DNA from: Candidatus Altimarinota bacterium
GTDB taxonomy: Bacteria > Patescibacteriota > Gracilibacteria > JBDHUY01
Length of the DNA: 64,000 bases
Reading direction: 5' to 3'
Assembly (NCBI GenBank): GCA_039809385.1
Contig: JBDHUY010000003.1
Span: 32,001-96,000, forward strand
Shown: piece by piece, positions 10,529 to 19,816 of the stretch
Position numbering within the stretch: position 1 is the stretch's first letter
Layout: the number at the start of each line of letters is the position of its first letter
Made by a program: the position numbers and the translations under genes
The notes under the pieces: model-generated
Seen by the model: the letters and a program-made list of their open reading frames with translations, nothing else
What the model was told of the DNA's origin: nothing
Database searches by the model: none

Positions 10529-10939
10529 ATGGCAACCGTTGTCACCACCGAAGTTTTTGGTATTGAAAATTACCCTTCCGTCAAAGTCGTGGTCTTTCGC
10601 GGCCAGATCGACGAGTCCAATCTGCCCGAAGTCTCCAAAGTACTGGACGCCTTTGTGATCGATCCTGCCACCAAGCAGATCAATCAGGAGACCAAATATA
10701 TCGTTCTGAACTTCAACGAGTTGTCGTTTATCAACAGTAAAGTTATCGGATATCTGGCCTCGCTGTATTCGACTGCTTCCGAGCACGGTAAAAAATTGCT
10801 GATTATTGTCGATCCGAAAGAGAACGAGACGATCACCGATATCCTGTCTCTGGTCGGACTGACTACGATTATCGATCATTATCCGAATCTGGAGGAAGCG
10901 ATCGAAGTCGTCAAAACCGATATCGAACAGGATAAATAA
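10529..10939 (+). CDS. STAS-domain anti-sigma factor antagonist (RsbV/SpoIIAA-like)
   Basis: GQIDESN, LNFNELSFINSKVIG, ILSLVGL...YPNLEEA. Confidence 0.88.
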   Translation: MATVVTTEVFGIENYPSVKVVVFRGQIDESNLPEVSKVLDAFVIDPATKQINQETKYIVLNFNELSFINSKVIGYLASLYSTASEHGKKLLIIVDPKENETITDILSLVGLTTIIDHYPNLEEAIEVVKTDIEQDK

Positions 10940-10954
10940 TATATTTTGTCCGAT

Positions 10955-11941
10955 CTACCGGTATTCCTCGAGCAGTTTTTCCAGCTCGTCTGTATTTTTC
11001 AGAGCTTTTTTTTCGATCTGTTCTTCTCCCAGTAAAACGTAGCAGCGATGGAGTTGGTATTGAATATTGTCTTTGAGCCAGGCTTTATAGGCCGGTCGGA
11101 CCGAAATGGTGAGATGCAATTTTTCTTTAACCATTTTTTGCAAAAAATGCCGCGCATCACCCCGTTCGAGCTTGCCGCCCGGCAGGCCGTTTTCGTACAA
11201 TATCAATCGATCTTGCCAGTGAATTTCCGCCAGTGGATAGCGATACTCATAGGCAGCTTTGGATAAACGTTTAGTTGCGACTGCCAGATGGGGCTGTGCG
11301 TTTTTGTAGAAATCGCAGATCTCCTGTAACGGACAGAAATGACACAGGGGGCGAGTGGTAACGCACGTGGAAGAGGCCAAGTCCATCATAGCCTGATTTA
11401 CTTTGGCCGATGAAGTTTTTTTATAACCTTCCTGTATCGCTTTCAGCAGCCGTTTTCCTGCTTCCCCGGTTTCATCCAGCTTCGTGACACCCAAGAAGAC
11501 GCGGCCCGTGATGCGTTTGATATTCGTGTCCAGCGGGATAGTTGGTTGCCCATAGGCAAAAGAAAGAATGGCATTGGCGGTATACTCTCCCACACCGGGC
11601 AAAGCGCGCAGATCGCTATAAGTTTTCGGGAATTCCCCGCCGTATTTTTCCATCAGTATTTTGGCCGCTTTGAGCATATTCCGACCCCGGTTGTAGTACC
11701 CCAGTCCCTGAAAGTAAGGCAGAAATTCCTCCCACGAGGCCCGCGCCAGCGAGGCAATATCCGGAAACCTCTCGATAAAACGGCTATAGTACGCTACCCC
11801 GCGACTCATCTGCGTTTGCTGCAGCAAGACTTCCGACACCCACACCTTATATGGATCTTTCACGTCGCGGAAAGGCAGGGAACGGCGGTTTTTCTGGTAC
11901 CAGTCGAGCAGCTTCTGGAAAAACAACGAGATTTTAGACAT
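10955..11941 (-). CDS. mutY: A/G-specific adenine DNA glycosylase
   Basis: WVSEVLLQQT, GLGYYNR, HhH LPGVGEYTA, DTN, Fe-S motif C-x6-C-x2-C-x5-C. Confidence 0.93.
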   Translation of the reverse strand: MSKISLFFQKLLDWYQKNRRSLPFRDVKDPYKVWVSEVLLQQTQMSRGVAYYSRFIERFPDIASLARASWEEFLPYFQGLGYYNRGRNMLKAAKILMEKYGGEFPKTYSDLRALPGVGEYTANAILSFAYGQPTIPLDTNIKRITGRVFLGVTKLDETGEAGKRLLKAIQEGYKKTSSAKVNQAMMDLASSTCVTTRPLCHFCPLQEICDFYKNAQPHLAVATKRLSKAAYEYRYPLAEIHWQDRLILYENGLPGGKLERGDARHFLQKMVKEKLHLTISVRPAYKAWLKDNIQYQLHRCYVLLGEEQIEKKALKNTDELEKLLEEYR

Positions 11942-11973
11942 TTTTAATGTGGAAAGGCGTAGAGTGGGGGACG

Positions 11974-12008
11974 GTATAAAGTATTATGTATTACGTATAA
12001 TGTATCAG
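11974..12008 (+). repeat. 7-bp tandem array GTATNNN x5 (left flank of four-helix-bundle gene)
   Basis: gtataaa gtattat gtattac gtataat gtatcag. Confidence 0.85.
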
Positions 12009-12383
12009 ACAAAGGGGCAAAAGATATACGCATTTACCGATTTACATGCTTGGCAAGAAGCCCACAAGCTTGCGATTCTGGTGTATCAGGTAACCAAAAC
12101 TTTTCCCAAGGAAGAATTGTTTTGCCTTACCAGTCAGATGAGATGCGCTGCTATATCGATCATATCTAATATCGCAGAAGGCTTTAGTCGAAAGTCTCTC
12201 AGAGAAAAGATTCAATTCTATGCGATTGCTCAAGGTTCCAATACCGAACTTCAAAGCCAATTACTTATCGCATGCGATGTCGGATTGATATCTAAATCTA
12301 CTCTCTCGCAAATCACGACACAATCTCTGATTGTTCACAAACTGATTAACGGTCTTATTAAACATTGCCAAAAGTACACATAA
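12000..12383 (+). CDS. Four-helix-bundle protein (23S rRNA IVP/bAvd-like family)
   Basis: FTDLHAWQEAH, FPKEELFCLTSQM, SIISNIAEG, IAQGSNTELQSQL signature. Confidence 0.92.
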   Translation: MYQTKGQKIYAFTDLHAWQEAHKLAILVYQVTKTFPKEELFCLTSQMRCAAISIISNIAEGFSRKSLREKIQFYAIAQGSNTELQSQLLIACDVGLISKSTLSQITTQSLIVHKLINGLIKHCQKYT

Positions 12384-12390
12384 ATTATCC

Positions 12391-12423
12391 CATACATTAT
12401 ACATCATACTTTATACCTAATAC
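12391..12423 (-). repeat. 7-bp tandem array NNNATAC (inverted copy, right flank)
   Basis: catac attatac atcatac tttatac ctaatac is the reverse complement of GTATNNN units. Confidence 0.85.
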
Positions 12424-12433
12424 TTCTTTCCCC

Positions 12434-12985
12434 CTAGTACTCGATCCCCTCCCGACTCGGGACGTGTTTTTCGAAATAGTGGCGGCGGGGTACCATTTCG
12501 GTAATGAGGTCAGCTTGTTCGACGAGTTCGGGGGGCGGGTTTCGGCCGGTGCATACGAGTTCGCCGCGGTGATTCCAGATAGTGACGAGGGCCAAAAAAG
12601 CATTCTTATCGACAACACCCAAGTCGATTGAAGAATTTATTTCATCGAGAATGATCAAGTCGTAGTTTTCGGTGAGCAGTTGTCGAAAGATCGCCAGTCC
12701 CCGCTCTCCTTCTTTTCTGTCTTCGTCGTTGACGCCGAAGCGGAATTTGCCGATCTTGTTTTTCTCGTTCGGTCGTTCCAGGACACGGTCGGCGCCGGTC
12801 ACGAAGAAAGGAATCTCGAGTTTTTCGAGCGATGCGCGTTCCCCGCTTTCCGAACCCTTGTCAAAGAACAGAACCGCGACTTTCTTCCCGCGTCCTTTGG
12901 CTCTGACTGCCAGTCCGATGGCAGCGGTGGTTTTTCCTTTGCCAGTGCCGATGTAGAGTTGGAGGTACCCGGGGGGAGGAGTCAT
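12434..12985 (-). CDS. cobO: Cob(I)alamin adenosyltransferase, CobO/BtuR type
   Basis: GTGKGKTTAAIGLAVRA, IILDEIN, ELVCTGR, ADLITEM...HYF...REGIEY. Confidence 0.9.
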   Translation of the reverse strand: MTPPPGYLQLYIGTGKGKTTAAIGLAVRAKGRGKKVAVLFFDKGSESGERASLEKLEIPFFVTGADRVLERPNEKNKIGKFRFGVNDEDRKEGERGLAIFRQLLTENYDLIILDEINSSIDLGVVDKNAFLALVTIWNHRGELVCTGRNPPPELVEQADLITEMVPRRHYFEKHVPSREGIEY

Positions 12986-13036
12986 GGGAAAGTTTGTTAG
13001 GATTGCAAAAAAATGGTCTTCGCGGAAAGATCAGTT

Positions 13037-13132
13037 GTATAAAGTATAATGTAGAAAGTATTAAGTATAACGCAGTTCGAGATCCAGTACTTACTGCTTT
13101 ATAACTTTATAAACTTTAGGGACTTTTAACTT
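13037..13132. repeat. GTATNNN 7-mer array (13037-13071) plus ACTTT 8-9-mer array (13097-13132)
   Basis: gtataaa gtataat gtagaaa gtattaa gtataac; ctttataactttataaactttagggacttttaactt. Confidence 0.75.
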
Positions 13133-13239
13133 TTTTCTCTCCTGTTACGTCCTATTCGAAGCGTCTACGAAAGTTGCGAGATAAAGAGCATGGGCCCTTC
13201 TTTGCTAAAGCTACGAAGGGCATCCCGCCCATGGCGGGA

Positions 13240-13314
13240 TGGTGGGTCGGCTGGGGCTCGAACCCAGAACCATCAGCTTAAAAGGCTGTTGCTCTACCAT
13301 TGAGCTACCGACCC
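13240..13314 (-). tRNA. tRNA-Lys(TTT)
   Basis: Reverse complement GGGTCGGTAGCTCAATGGTAGAGC...CAGC CT TTT AA GCTG...GGTTCGAGCC...CCGACCCACCA. Confidence 0.96.
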
Positions 13315-13426
13315 GCAAATCTTGAACCGTTTTTTACTCTAATCATTCCTTTTTCCTTGTCAATCGTCAGATGTCTGAAGTTGCTTCTCTTTTTGAGTTT
13401 TGGTCTTTTAGATTTGACCTGGTATC

Positions 13427-13503
13427 TGGTGTTCCCGGCGGGACTTGAACCCACAACCTCAGCCTTCGCAGGGCTGCGCTCTATCCAATTAAGCTACGGG
13501 AAC
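13427..13503 (-). tRNA. tRNA-Arg(GCG)
   Basis: Reverse complement GTTCCCGTAGCTTAATTGGATAGAGC-G-CAGCC CT GCG AA GGCTG...GTTCAAGT...CGGGAACACCA. Confidence 0.95.
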
Positions 13504-13704
13504 GGAAGATAAATTCTAAATCCGAATGTCGAGATTCGAAACAAATTACAAATCCTAAACTTTGTGAATTTCAAATTTAAACTTTTGCCGTCCTACTCTA
13601 CCAGACAGACAAAAATTTGCAAGTCGTCCGCTTTGTTTGTAGACTGGGAAGGTAAACTTTGACAATTGGCTGTTGACTTTTAACCTTTGATATACGTTTA
13701 TCCT

Positions 13705-15186
13705 ATGGCCCAGGAAAAAAACATTACCAAACGTGACGACGATTTTTCCCAATGGTACCTGGATGTAGTAGAAGCCGCCGATATGGCGGAGCATTCGCCG
13801 GTACGCGGTTGTATGGTCATCAAACCCTACGGCTATGCGATCTGGGAAAATATCCGCGACATTCTGGATAGGATGATTAAGGCAACCGGGCATGTCAATG
13901 CCTACTTTCCGCTCTTTATCCCCAAGTCTTTTTTGAGCAAGGAGGCGAGTCACGTGGAAGGTTTTGCCAAAGAATGTGCCGTGGTGACGCACTACCGTCT
14001 CAAAAACGACCCAGACGGCAAAGGTGTTGTCGTCGATCCCGAAGCAAAGCTCGAAGAAGAGCTGATTGTTCGTCCCACTTCCGAGACGATCATGTACTCG
14101 ATGTATGCCAAATGGATCCAGTCCTGGCGGGATCTGCCCGTCCTGATCAACCAGTGGGCCAACGTCGTACGCTGGGAGATGCGTACCCGGCTGTTTTTGC
14201 GTACCGCCGAGTTTTTGTGGCAAGAGGGGCATACCGCCCATGCCACCCATGACGAAGCCGAAACCGAAACCTTGAAAATGCTGGACGTGTATAAAGATTT
14301 GGCTGAAAATTATCTGGCATTGAGCCTCGTTCCAGGACAGAAATCCGAATCCGAGAAATTTGCCGGAGCGCTTCGAACGTATACGATCGAAGCGATGATG
14401 CAAGACGGCAAAGCCCTGCAGGCCGGAACCTCACATAATCTGGGCCAGAACTTTGCCAAGGCGTTCGAGGTCATGTTTGCCGACAAAGACGGCGAAAGGA
14501 AGCACGTATGGCAGACCAGTTGGGGGCTCAGCACGCGCATCATGGGAGGTCTCATCATGACGCACAGCGACGATAAAGGCTTAGTGCTGCCGCCCAAAAT
14601 CGCTCCCACCCAGGTTGTCATCGTTCCGATTTATAAAACACCGGAAGAACAGGCAAGCGTTTTATCAGTGGCACAGGAGATTGAACAAGGTCTCAAAGCC
14701 AAGCAAATTCTGGCAAAAACCGACAATCGCGATTTCCTTACTCCGGGAGCTAAATTCAACGAATGGGAAAAGAAGGGCGTACCGGTACGGATCGAGATCG
14801 GACCAAAAGATATTGCTTCGGGCAAGGCGGTATTTGTGCGACGCGACACCGGCACCAAACAGGCTATTGAGATTAGCCCCCTGGCGGAGGTAATCGAAAA
14901 ACAACTCCAGCAAATGCAAATCGATCTCTTTGAAAAAGCCAAAGCCTATCGCAAAGCCAAGACGTTTCATATCGATTCGTACGAGGAATTTAAAAAAGTG
15001 ATCGAGGAGACGCCCGGCTTTATTTACAGCTACTGGTGCGGTTCCGAAAAGTGCGAGGCCGAGATTGCCGAGGAGACCAAAGCCTCGACTCGCTGTATCC
15101 CGTTCGATCAAACAGAAGGTTCCGGAAAATGTATCAAGTGTGGCAGAGCAGCGGAAAAAAAGATTATCTTTGCCAAAGCCTATTAA
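13705..15186 (+). CDS. proS: Prolyl-tRNA synthetase (archaeal/eukaryotic-like type)
   Basis: [54 protein letters not shown]-terminal Zn site, FAKAY end. Confidence 0.98.
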   Translation: MAQEKNITKRDDDFSQWYLDVVEAADMAEHSPVRGCMVIKPYGYAIWENIRDILDRMIKATGHVNAYFPLFIPKSFLSKEASHVEGFAKECAVVTHYRLKNDPDGKGVVVDPEAKLEEELIVRPTSETIMYSMYAKWIQSWRDLPVLINQWANVVRWEMRTRLFLRTAEFLWQEGHTAHATHDEAETETLKMLDVYKDLAENYLALSLVPGQKSESEKFAGALRTYTIEAMMQDGKALQAGTSHNLGQNFAKAFEVMFADKDGERKHVWQTSWGLSTRIMGGLIMTHSDDKGLVLPPKIAPTQVVIVPIYKTPEEQASVLSVAQEIEQGLKAKQILAKTDNRDFLTPGAKFNEWEKKGVPVRIEIGPKDIASGKAVFVRRDTGTKQAIEISPLAEVIEKQLQQMQIDLFEKAKAYRKAKTFHIDSYEEFKKVIEETPGFIYSYWCGSEKCEAEIAEETKASTRCIPFDQTEGSGKCIKCGRAAEKKIIFAKAY

Positions 15187-15194
15187 TCGTTTTT

Positions 15195-15473
15195 ATGATG
15201 AAAGATTTCTCGTTGGCAGAGATACAAAAAGAGATTGAACAGATTAAGTACCGCAACCTTCGCGTGGAATCGGATAAAGCCTGGGAAGGGAGCTGGGTGA
15301 GAATCGCCTTTATCATGCTCCTCACCTATGTTGCGGTCGTGATCTTTCTATTTCTAACCGGTAGCCAAAATATCTGGCTGAGCGCACTAGTGCCGCCGGT
15401 TGGCTTTTTCTTGTCAACTCTATCCTTGCCGTTTGTCAAGAAACGCTGGCTCTACAGGCATCGACAACCATAA
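15195..15473 (+). CDS. Small two-TM hypothetical protein
   Basis: RNLRVESDKAWEGSW...VPPVGFFLSTLSLP, immediately after proS. Confidence 0.75.
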   Translation: MMKDFSLAEIQKEIEQIKYRNLRVESDKAWEGSWVRIAFIMLLTYVAVVIFLFLTGSQNIWLSALVPPVGFFLSTLSLPFVKKRWLYRHRQP

Positions 15474-15479
15474 TACAGC

Positions 15480-16055
15480 ATGTCTGTTATCGTCTGGATC
15501 CTTATTGCTATTCTCATTCTTGATTGGTTGGGATCGCACTCGCATACCACGCGCTGAAAAAAGATATTCCAGCCAGTCAAAAAGAATTTCTGGTGAAAAA
15601 GAAACGAAATATTCTATTGGAAAAAGCATATTCCCTTCTCACAAAAAGCGAGGCGATGTTTTTGTATCTGCCGTTAAGAACCTTATAAAATGAGTATGAA
15701 GGACTCATTGTCTTTTCAAAGGTACGCCTCATTGACGTGATTAAAGTTTCGATGAGACAATATCCAACCGGGAACTCCGATGTGTTTTCGAACGACCAGT
15801 GCCTTAACTCAAAAGCATGTCGATTTCGTGATCTGTGATAAAAACCACTGCGAGCCAGTTTTGGCGATAAAACTCAATGATATAACGCACGAAGCATATG
15901 ATCGATGGGAGCGGGATATCAAAGTATCCGATATGTTTCACCAAGCCCAATTCCCTCTTTTGTTTATTCAATTCAAAGACCAGTATGATACCGAACTTCT
16001 TACCAGAAAATTAGAACAATATCTCAAACGATATCGTAAGCAGATAGTCTTATAA
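15480..16055 (+). pseudogene. DUF2726-family gene, disrupted
   Basis: LLTKSEAMF...TAA...VFSKVRLIDVI lies in one frame and QKHVDFVICD...VLAIKLND...RD in another: an in-frame stop plus frameshift(s). Confidence 0.72.
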
Positions 16056-16154
16056 CCGTAAGATAAAAACGAGATAAACTTTTTTGTCTTACATTGCTTT
16101 GTCTACCGCCGCGGGAATAGTATATCTTTAATACTTCCGTGATCTATCTTTATT

Positions 16155-17042
16155 ATGAGCAGAGATAGTCTATCGCATCCTGCCAAAGATAATCATGATA
16201 TCTTGCCGGCACACTCATTGCGAGAAGCAGTTCAAGGTGTTCGAACCCTTTTTCTGGCGCTCGGATTGACCGTCGGTATTGGATATGCGGCATCCCAACC
16301 TGTACACGCCCAAAACCTGCAACAGGCTATTCGTAGTGCCGTTCAAGATACAGTACACCCGCAACAGGCGCAGGAGCAGAGTTATTTGAAGCAGAGCGGG
16401 CAAACTCCTGATCACGCTGCTGCCGATAATACGCCCCAACCTGAGGAGGACCAAGTCAAGAAAACGAAAAAAGCTCCTCCCTTCCTCAGCGGAGTGGCCA
16501 TTTCCGAAACCGAACCCGAGAATAACCTGACCGGCGTTTCAACCGCTCTTTTTTTCAATACCCCTAAAGTAAAAACATTTGTCTATGGTTTTGCTAATTC
16601 CGGGGGCGTCAATGCCGGATTTTATGCCGGACCTCAAATTGCGGTTCCCGGTCACGGCAACGCTTTTGTCGGGGTAGGCAGGCGTTTCTTTGCGAACGAG
16701 TCGGTCACTTATGCCGGAGCGGTTTACTTCGGCAGCGAAAAAATTCCTGCCACGGAACAATCGCTCAACCTATACGGACTTGTCGAATATCAAAATCTTC
16801 CTTCGCCTTTACCTCATTGGTTTAAACGCGGCGAAGTTCTTTGGTCCAATCAGACCGGGCGGGCGAGTTTTGTTACCGGAGCCGGAGTGCATTACGCCGA
16901 TTTTCGCGGGTTCGGTCCGACAGTTGTGGTTAAAGCTCCTTTTCTTCCCAATCTTCCGGGAGTAAAGAGTGCGACGGTGCAGTATATTCAATTTTTCGGG
17001 CAAAATGGTACGGGACGGATCGTGGTACAAATCGGATTTTGA
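16155..17042 (+). CDS. Exported hypothetical protein, beta-strand-rich, C-terminal Phe
   Basis: Signal-like segment, Q-rich linker, G/aromatic alternating strands, ends RIVVQIGF. Confidence 0.75.
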   Translation: MSRDSLSHPAKDNHDILPAHSLREAVQGVRTLFLALGLTVGIGYAASQPVHAQNLQQAIRSAVQDTVHPQQAQEQSYLKQSGQTPDHAAADNTPQPEEDQVKKTKKAPPFLSGVAISETEPENNLTGVSTALFFNTPKVKTFVYGFANSGGVNAGFYAGPQIAVPGHGNAFVGVGRRFFANESVTYAGAVYFGSEKIPATEQSLNLYGLVEYQNLPSPLPHWFKRGEVLWSNQTGRASFVTGAGVHYADFRGFGPTVVVKAPFLPNLPGVKSATVQYIQFFGQNGTGRIVVQIGF

Positions 17043-17065
17043 TGTCCCTACTCCTCAGTCGTAGC

Positions 17066-18442
17066 TTATTCTCGCGGATCGAAAATCGATGGAGCCAATT
17101 TCCCGCGCTGTATAAACCGGGCGATACGGTTTCCGCCGTAGATGGAAGGCAGTATGCCGACCCCGTTACAACCCAGGTTATAAAGAAGGTTGCGGTTACG
17201 AGGTTCGGGACCGATCAGACGCACTCCCGTATTCGTGTATCCCATCAACCCGTGCCATTGAAAGGCGTATCCGTCACGGGGTGGATATCTGTAACTTGCC
17301 TGTAAAAACTCGTCGATTGCGGTGAGCGCTTTTTCCGGAAAGTCGCGTGTTTTGTCATAATGGTCTTTTTCGGGTAGCTCTTTCTCGGGACCGCCGATAC
17401 AGATTAAGCTGTGATGTTTGTTCTTTTCCAGTTCGTACATCCGACGGGTTAGATAAAAGTAGGGTTCCTTCCCCGAAGCCTCAGGAGCGGTCAAATAACT
17501 GATTGCAGTTGGTGGGTGCTCCAGCGGTTCCAGATACCCCGCCATATAACCGATAACGCCCTGTACGCGTTCGTGAAAGAGTCGGTCAATATCAGTACCA
17601 GCAGTATTAATCAGTTCCAATGTTTCAAACCCGTTCGTACATAATACAACCTTTTTTGCCGTTATCTTTTTACGGTTCTCGCTTTCCAGAGAGACTTGGT
17701 CGGCTGCCAGAATCACCCGGTTGATCGGTGTATGTTCAAAGAGGGTAAATCGTGTCGGGTAGTTTTTTTGCAAACTGGTAACCAGTTCTTCGCAAAATGC
17801 GGCGCTATTGAGACACCCTTTACGCGACGGCAGAGCCGCGATATAGCGCTCGTCCTTACTTTCCAGGAGGTTCAGAATATACGATTTTGGCACGACAGTG
17901 TACACTTTTTCATACTCCTTGGGAAGTTGTCGAATATCGGTATAATCGTCCGCAATCAGCGCCCGGTTTCCGACGAAACCGGCATGAGCGCGCATATATT
18001 TATTCTGCAAATGGAGCAAGAGCTGCTCGAAGTTCATGCATCCGGCATAGCCGGTGAATTGATGGAGCGGTATTTGGATATGTTGCTCGGTATACATCTC
18101 TTCCAGCAGATCCCAGGCTTGATTGATCTCTTCCTGCGCTTTCGTGGCCAGATCCAGACCATAATGCATGGCCAGCTGGGTAAAAGGGCGTTCGAAGTAG
18201 CTTACTACTTGTCCCGCGTTGTGACCGGTAGCGCCGTGTGCTACCTTATAGCCCTCCACCAGGCATACTTTTTGGTCGGTCTGCTTGAGCAAGAAATAGG
18301 CAGTACTGATGCCGGCTATACCGCCGCCCACGATGACGAGATCGGTATCGACATGACTTTTTACCTGTTCGGTTGAGCGGGCAGGGTGCAGATGTTTGAC
18401 TTGATGAAGCCAGGGAGAATGATTTTTGGTGTTTAATGTCAT
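17066..18442 (-). CDS. FAD-dependent oxidoreductase (DAO/glycine oxidase-like family)
   Basis: IVGGGIAG Rossmann motif, GATGHNAG, VLCTNG, WHGLMGYT, LGCNGVG. Confidence 0.88.
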   Translation of the reverse strand: MTLNTKNHSPWLHQVKHLHPARSTEQVKSHVDTDLVIVGGGIAGISTAYFLLKQTDQKVCLVEGYKVAHGATGHNAGQVVSYFERPFTQLAMHYGLDLATKAQEEINQAWDLLEEMYTEQHIQIPLHQFTGYAGCMNFEQLLLHLQNKYMRAHAGFVGNRALIADDYTDIRQLPKEYEKVYTVVPKSYILNLLESKDERYIAALPSRKGCLNSAAFCEELVTSLQKNYPTRFTLFEHTPINRVILAADQVSLESENRKKITAKKVVLCTNGFETLELINTAGTDIDRLFHERVQGVIGYMAGYLEPLEHPPTAISYLTAPEASGKEPYFYLTRRMYELEKNKHHSLICIGGPEKELPEKDHYDKTRDFPEKALTAIDEFLQASYRYPPRDGYAFQWHGLMGYTNTGVRLIGPEPRNRNLLYNLGCNGVGILPSIYGGNRIARFIQRGKLAPSIFDPRE

Positions 18443-18678
18443 TTTCGAGAAGCTTATTCGAAATAAACATTCCTTTTAGTATATCATATCATGCCCCGAT
18501 TGCCTGATTTTTACAGAGTGTGCTACAATAGAAATATAGATGTTTTCCCTTTCAAGTGGAGAGTTTGGATCGGGGAAAAGCCTCAACGGTCCTTACGCTT
18601 TTCCAATCCTTTCGCCAATCTTGCCCCTGTTGCTCCTTCGCGCTTCTTCCCGATTCTCCTCTTATTTGCTTTTGTCTT

Positions 18679-19227
18679 ATGAAAAAGTCCGTTTCTCCTT
18701 TCGAGTCTAATAATCGCAGTGTTTCTTTTGCGATATTGGTATTTGGTATAACCGTGTTGATCGCGGTATTCTTTGGTATCAGTGTTTATTTGAAAGAACA
18801 AAATATTCGTGCCTTAGAGGAACAAACTACAACCTTCACAGCTCAAACCGATTCGTTACTTTCGCAGTCTTTGCGGGAAATCGAACGTTCGCAGCGGGTG
18901 GTGTCCGAAGTAAGCCAGAAACGTTTATTATGGTCTGAAATATTGCGCGATCTGTTTGCGACCTTGCCGCAAGGAATCGGGATCACTTCCTTGAACGCCG
19001 ATGGTAACGGACGCCTGAGCGCTTCGCTGGTCGCCGACGATTTTCAAAAGGTGTCCCGGACGGTCGAATTGCTCTCGGTCTCGCAACGTTTCAAAGATAC
19101 CTTTATCCCGTCGCTGTCGGCCGGAGCGTCGGTCGATCAGACTTCGCTGAAGGTCAATTTTCCTCTGGTGATCGAGATCGGTAAGCAGAATCAGAATGCC
19201 AATAACAGTAATCAGAACGCTTCCTGA
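18679..19227 (+). CDS. pilN: PilN-domain type IV pilus assembly protein
   Basis: TM plus coiled coil plus WSEILRDLFATLPQGIGITSL. Upstream of pilO- and pilC-like genes. Confidence 0.75.
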   Translation: MKKSVSPFESNNRSVSFAILVFGITVLIAVFFGISVYLKEQNIRALEEQTTTFTAQTDSLLSQSLREIERSQRVVSEVSQKRLLWSEILRDLFATLPQGIGITSLNADGNGRLSASLVADDFQKVSRTVELLSVSQRFKDTFIPSLSAGASVDQTSLKVNFPLVIEIGKQNQNANNSNQNAS

Positions 19228-19245
19228 TCGTAACCTTTTTCCAAT

Positions 19246-19764
19246 ATGAAAAAAGATACATTTTTGGCTTCGCTCTTTCTGCTCTTCTCCTTAGTGTTGA
19301 CGTTGCTGTATATCAAACCCACCGTCGACGCCGATGCCGAACTGGAAGCTGCGTTACGGGAAAAAGAAGTCGCGTTTGCCACGAGCGAGAGCGAATTTAA
19401 TGAGCTTAGAAGCCAGAAAGAACAGTTCGATAAACTGACCGAGGCCGAAAAAGAAAAAGCCATCAAGCGTGTTCCGCGCGAAATCAACCAGCAGACCCTG
19501 ATCGACGAACTGACCGCCCTGGCCCAAAAAAATGCGCTGACCCTCACCTCGGTCACATTTTCCAAAGCGGCTGGCGGGAACGACTATCGCAAAATTACGC
19601 TCGTGGCCAGTTTTTCCAACCTTACCGGACAGGATAAAACCTTGCCGTTTCTGGAAAGTCTCGAGACGACTGACCGCCTCATGACCGTACGCTCTCTGTC
19701 GCTTTTGTACGGACAGAATCGCAGCGACTATACCGTGACACTGGAAGTTTACTATCGTGGATAA
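19246..19764 (+). CDS. pilO: PilO-like type IV pilus assembly protein
   Basis: TM, coiled coil, RVP...LIDELTALAQKNAL, FLESLETTDRLMTVRSL. Confidence 0.75.
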   Translation: MKKDTFLASLFLLFSLVLTLLYIKPTVDADAELEAALREKEVAFATSESEFNELRSQKEQFDKLTEAEKEKAIKRVPREINQQTLIDELTALAQKNALTLTSVTFSKAAGGNDYRKITLVASFSNLTGQDKTLPFLESLETTDRLMTVRSLSLLYGQNRSDYTVTLEVYYRG

Positions 19765-19816
19765 CGGTTAAAATTTCCATACCCCTGCTTGTTTTTCTTT
19801 TTTGTCGTTTTCTGCC

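Noticed and set aside
12000-12383. Diversity-generating retroelement (Avd-like gene)
   Set aside because: No reverse transcriptase and no TR/VR pair with adenine-specific mismatches seen in the window.
13555-14403. Long antisense ORFs (13555..14403, 17696..18376, 47345..48058, 50434..51456, 55609..56337)
   Set aside because: Shadows of well-supported genes on the opposite strand, with no recognisable motifs.
15480-16055. Programmed frameshift or readthrough in the DUF2726-like gene
   Set aside because: Several independent lesions are needed to restore the frame. Decay or assembly error is simpler.
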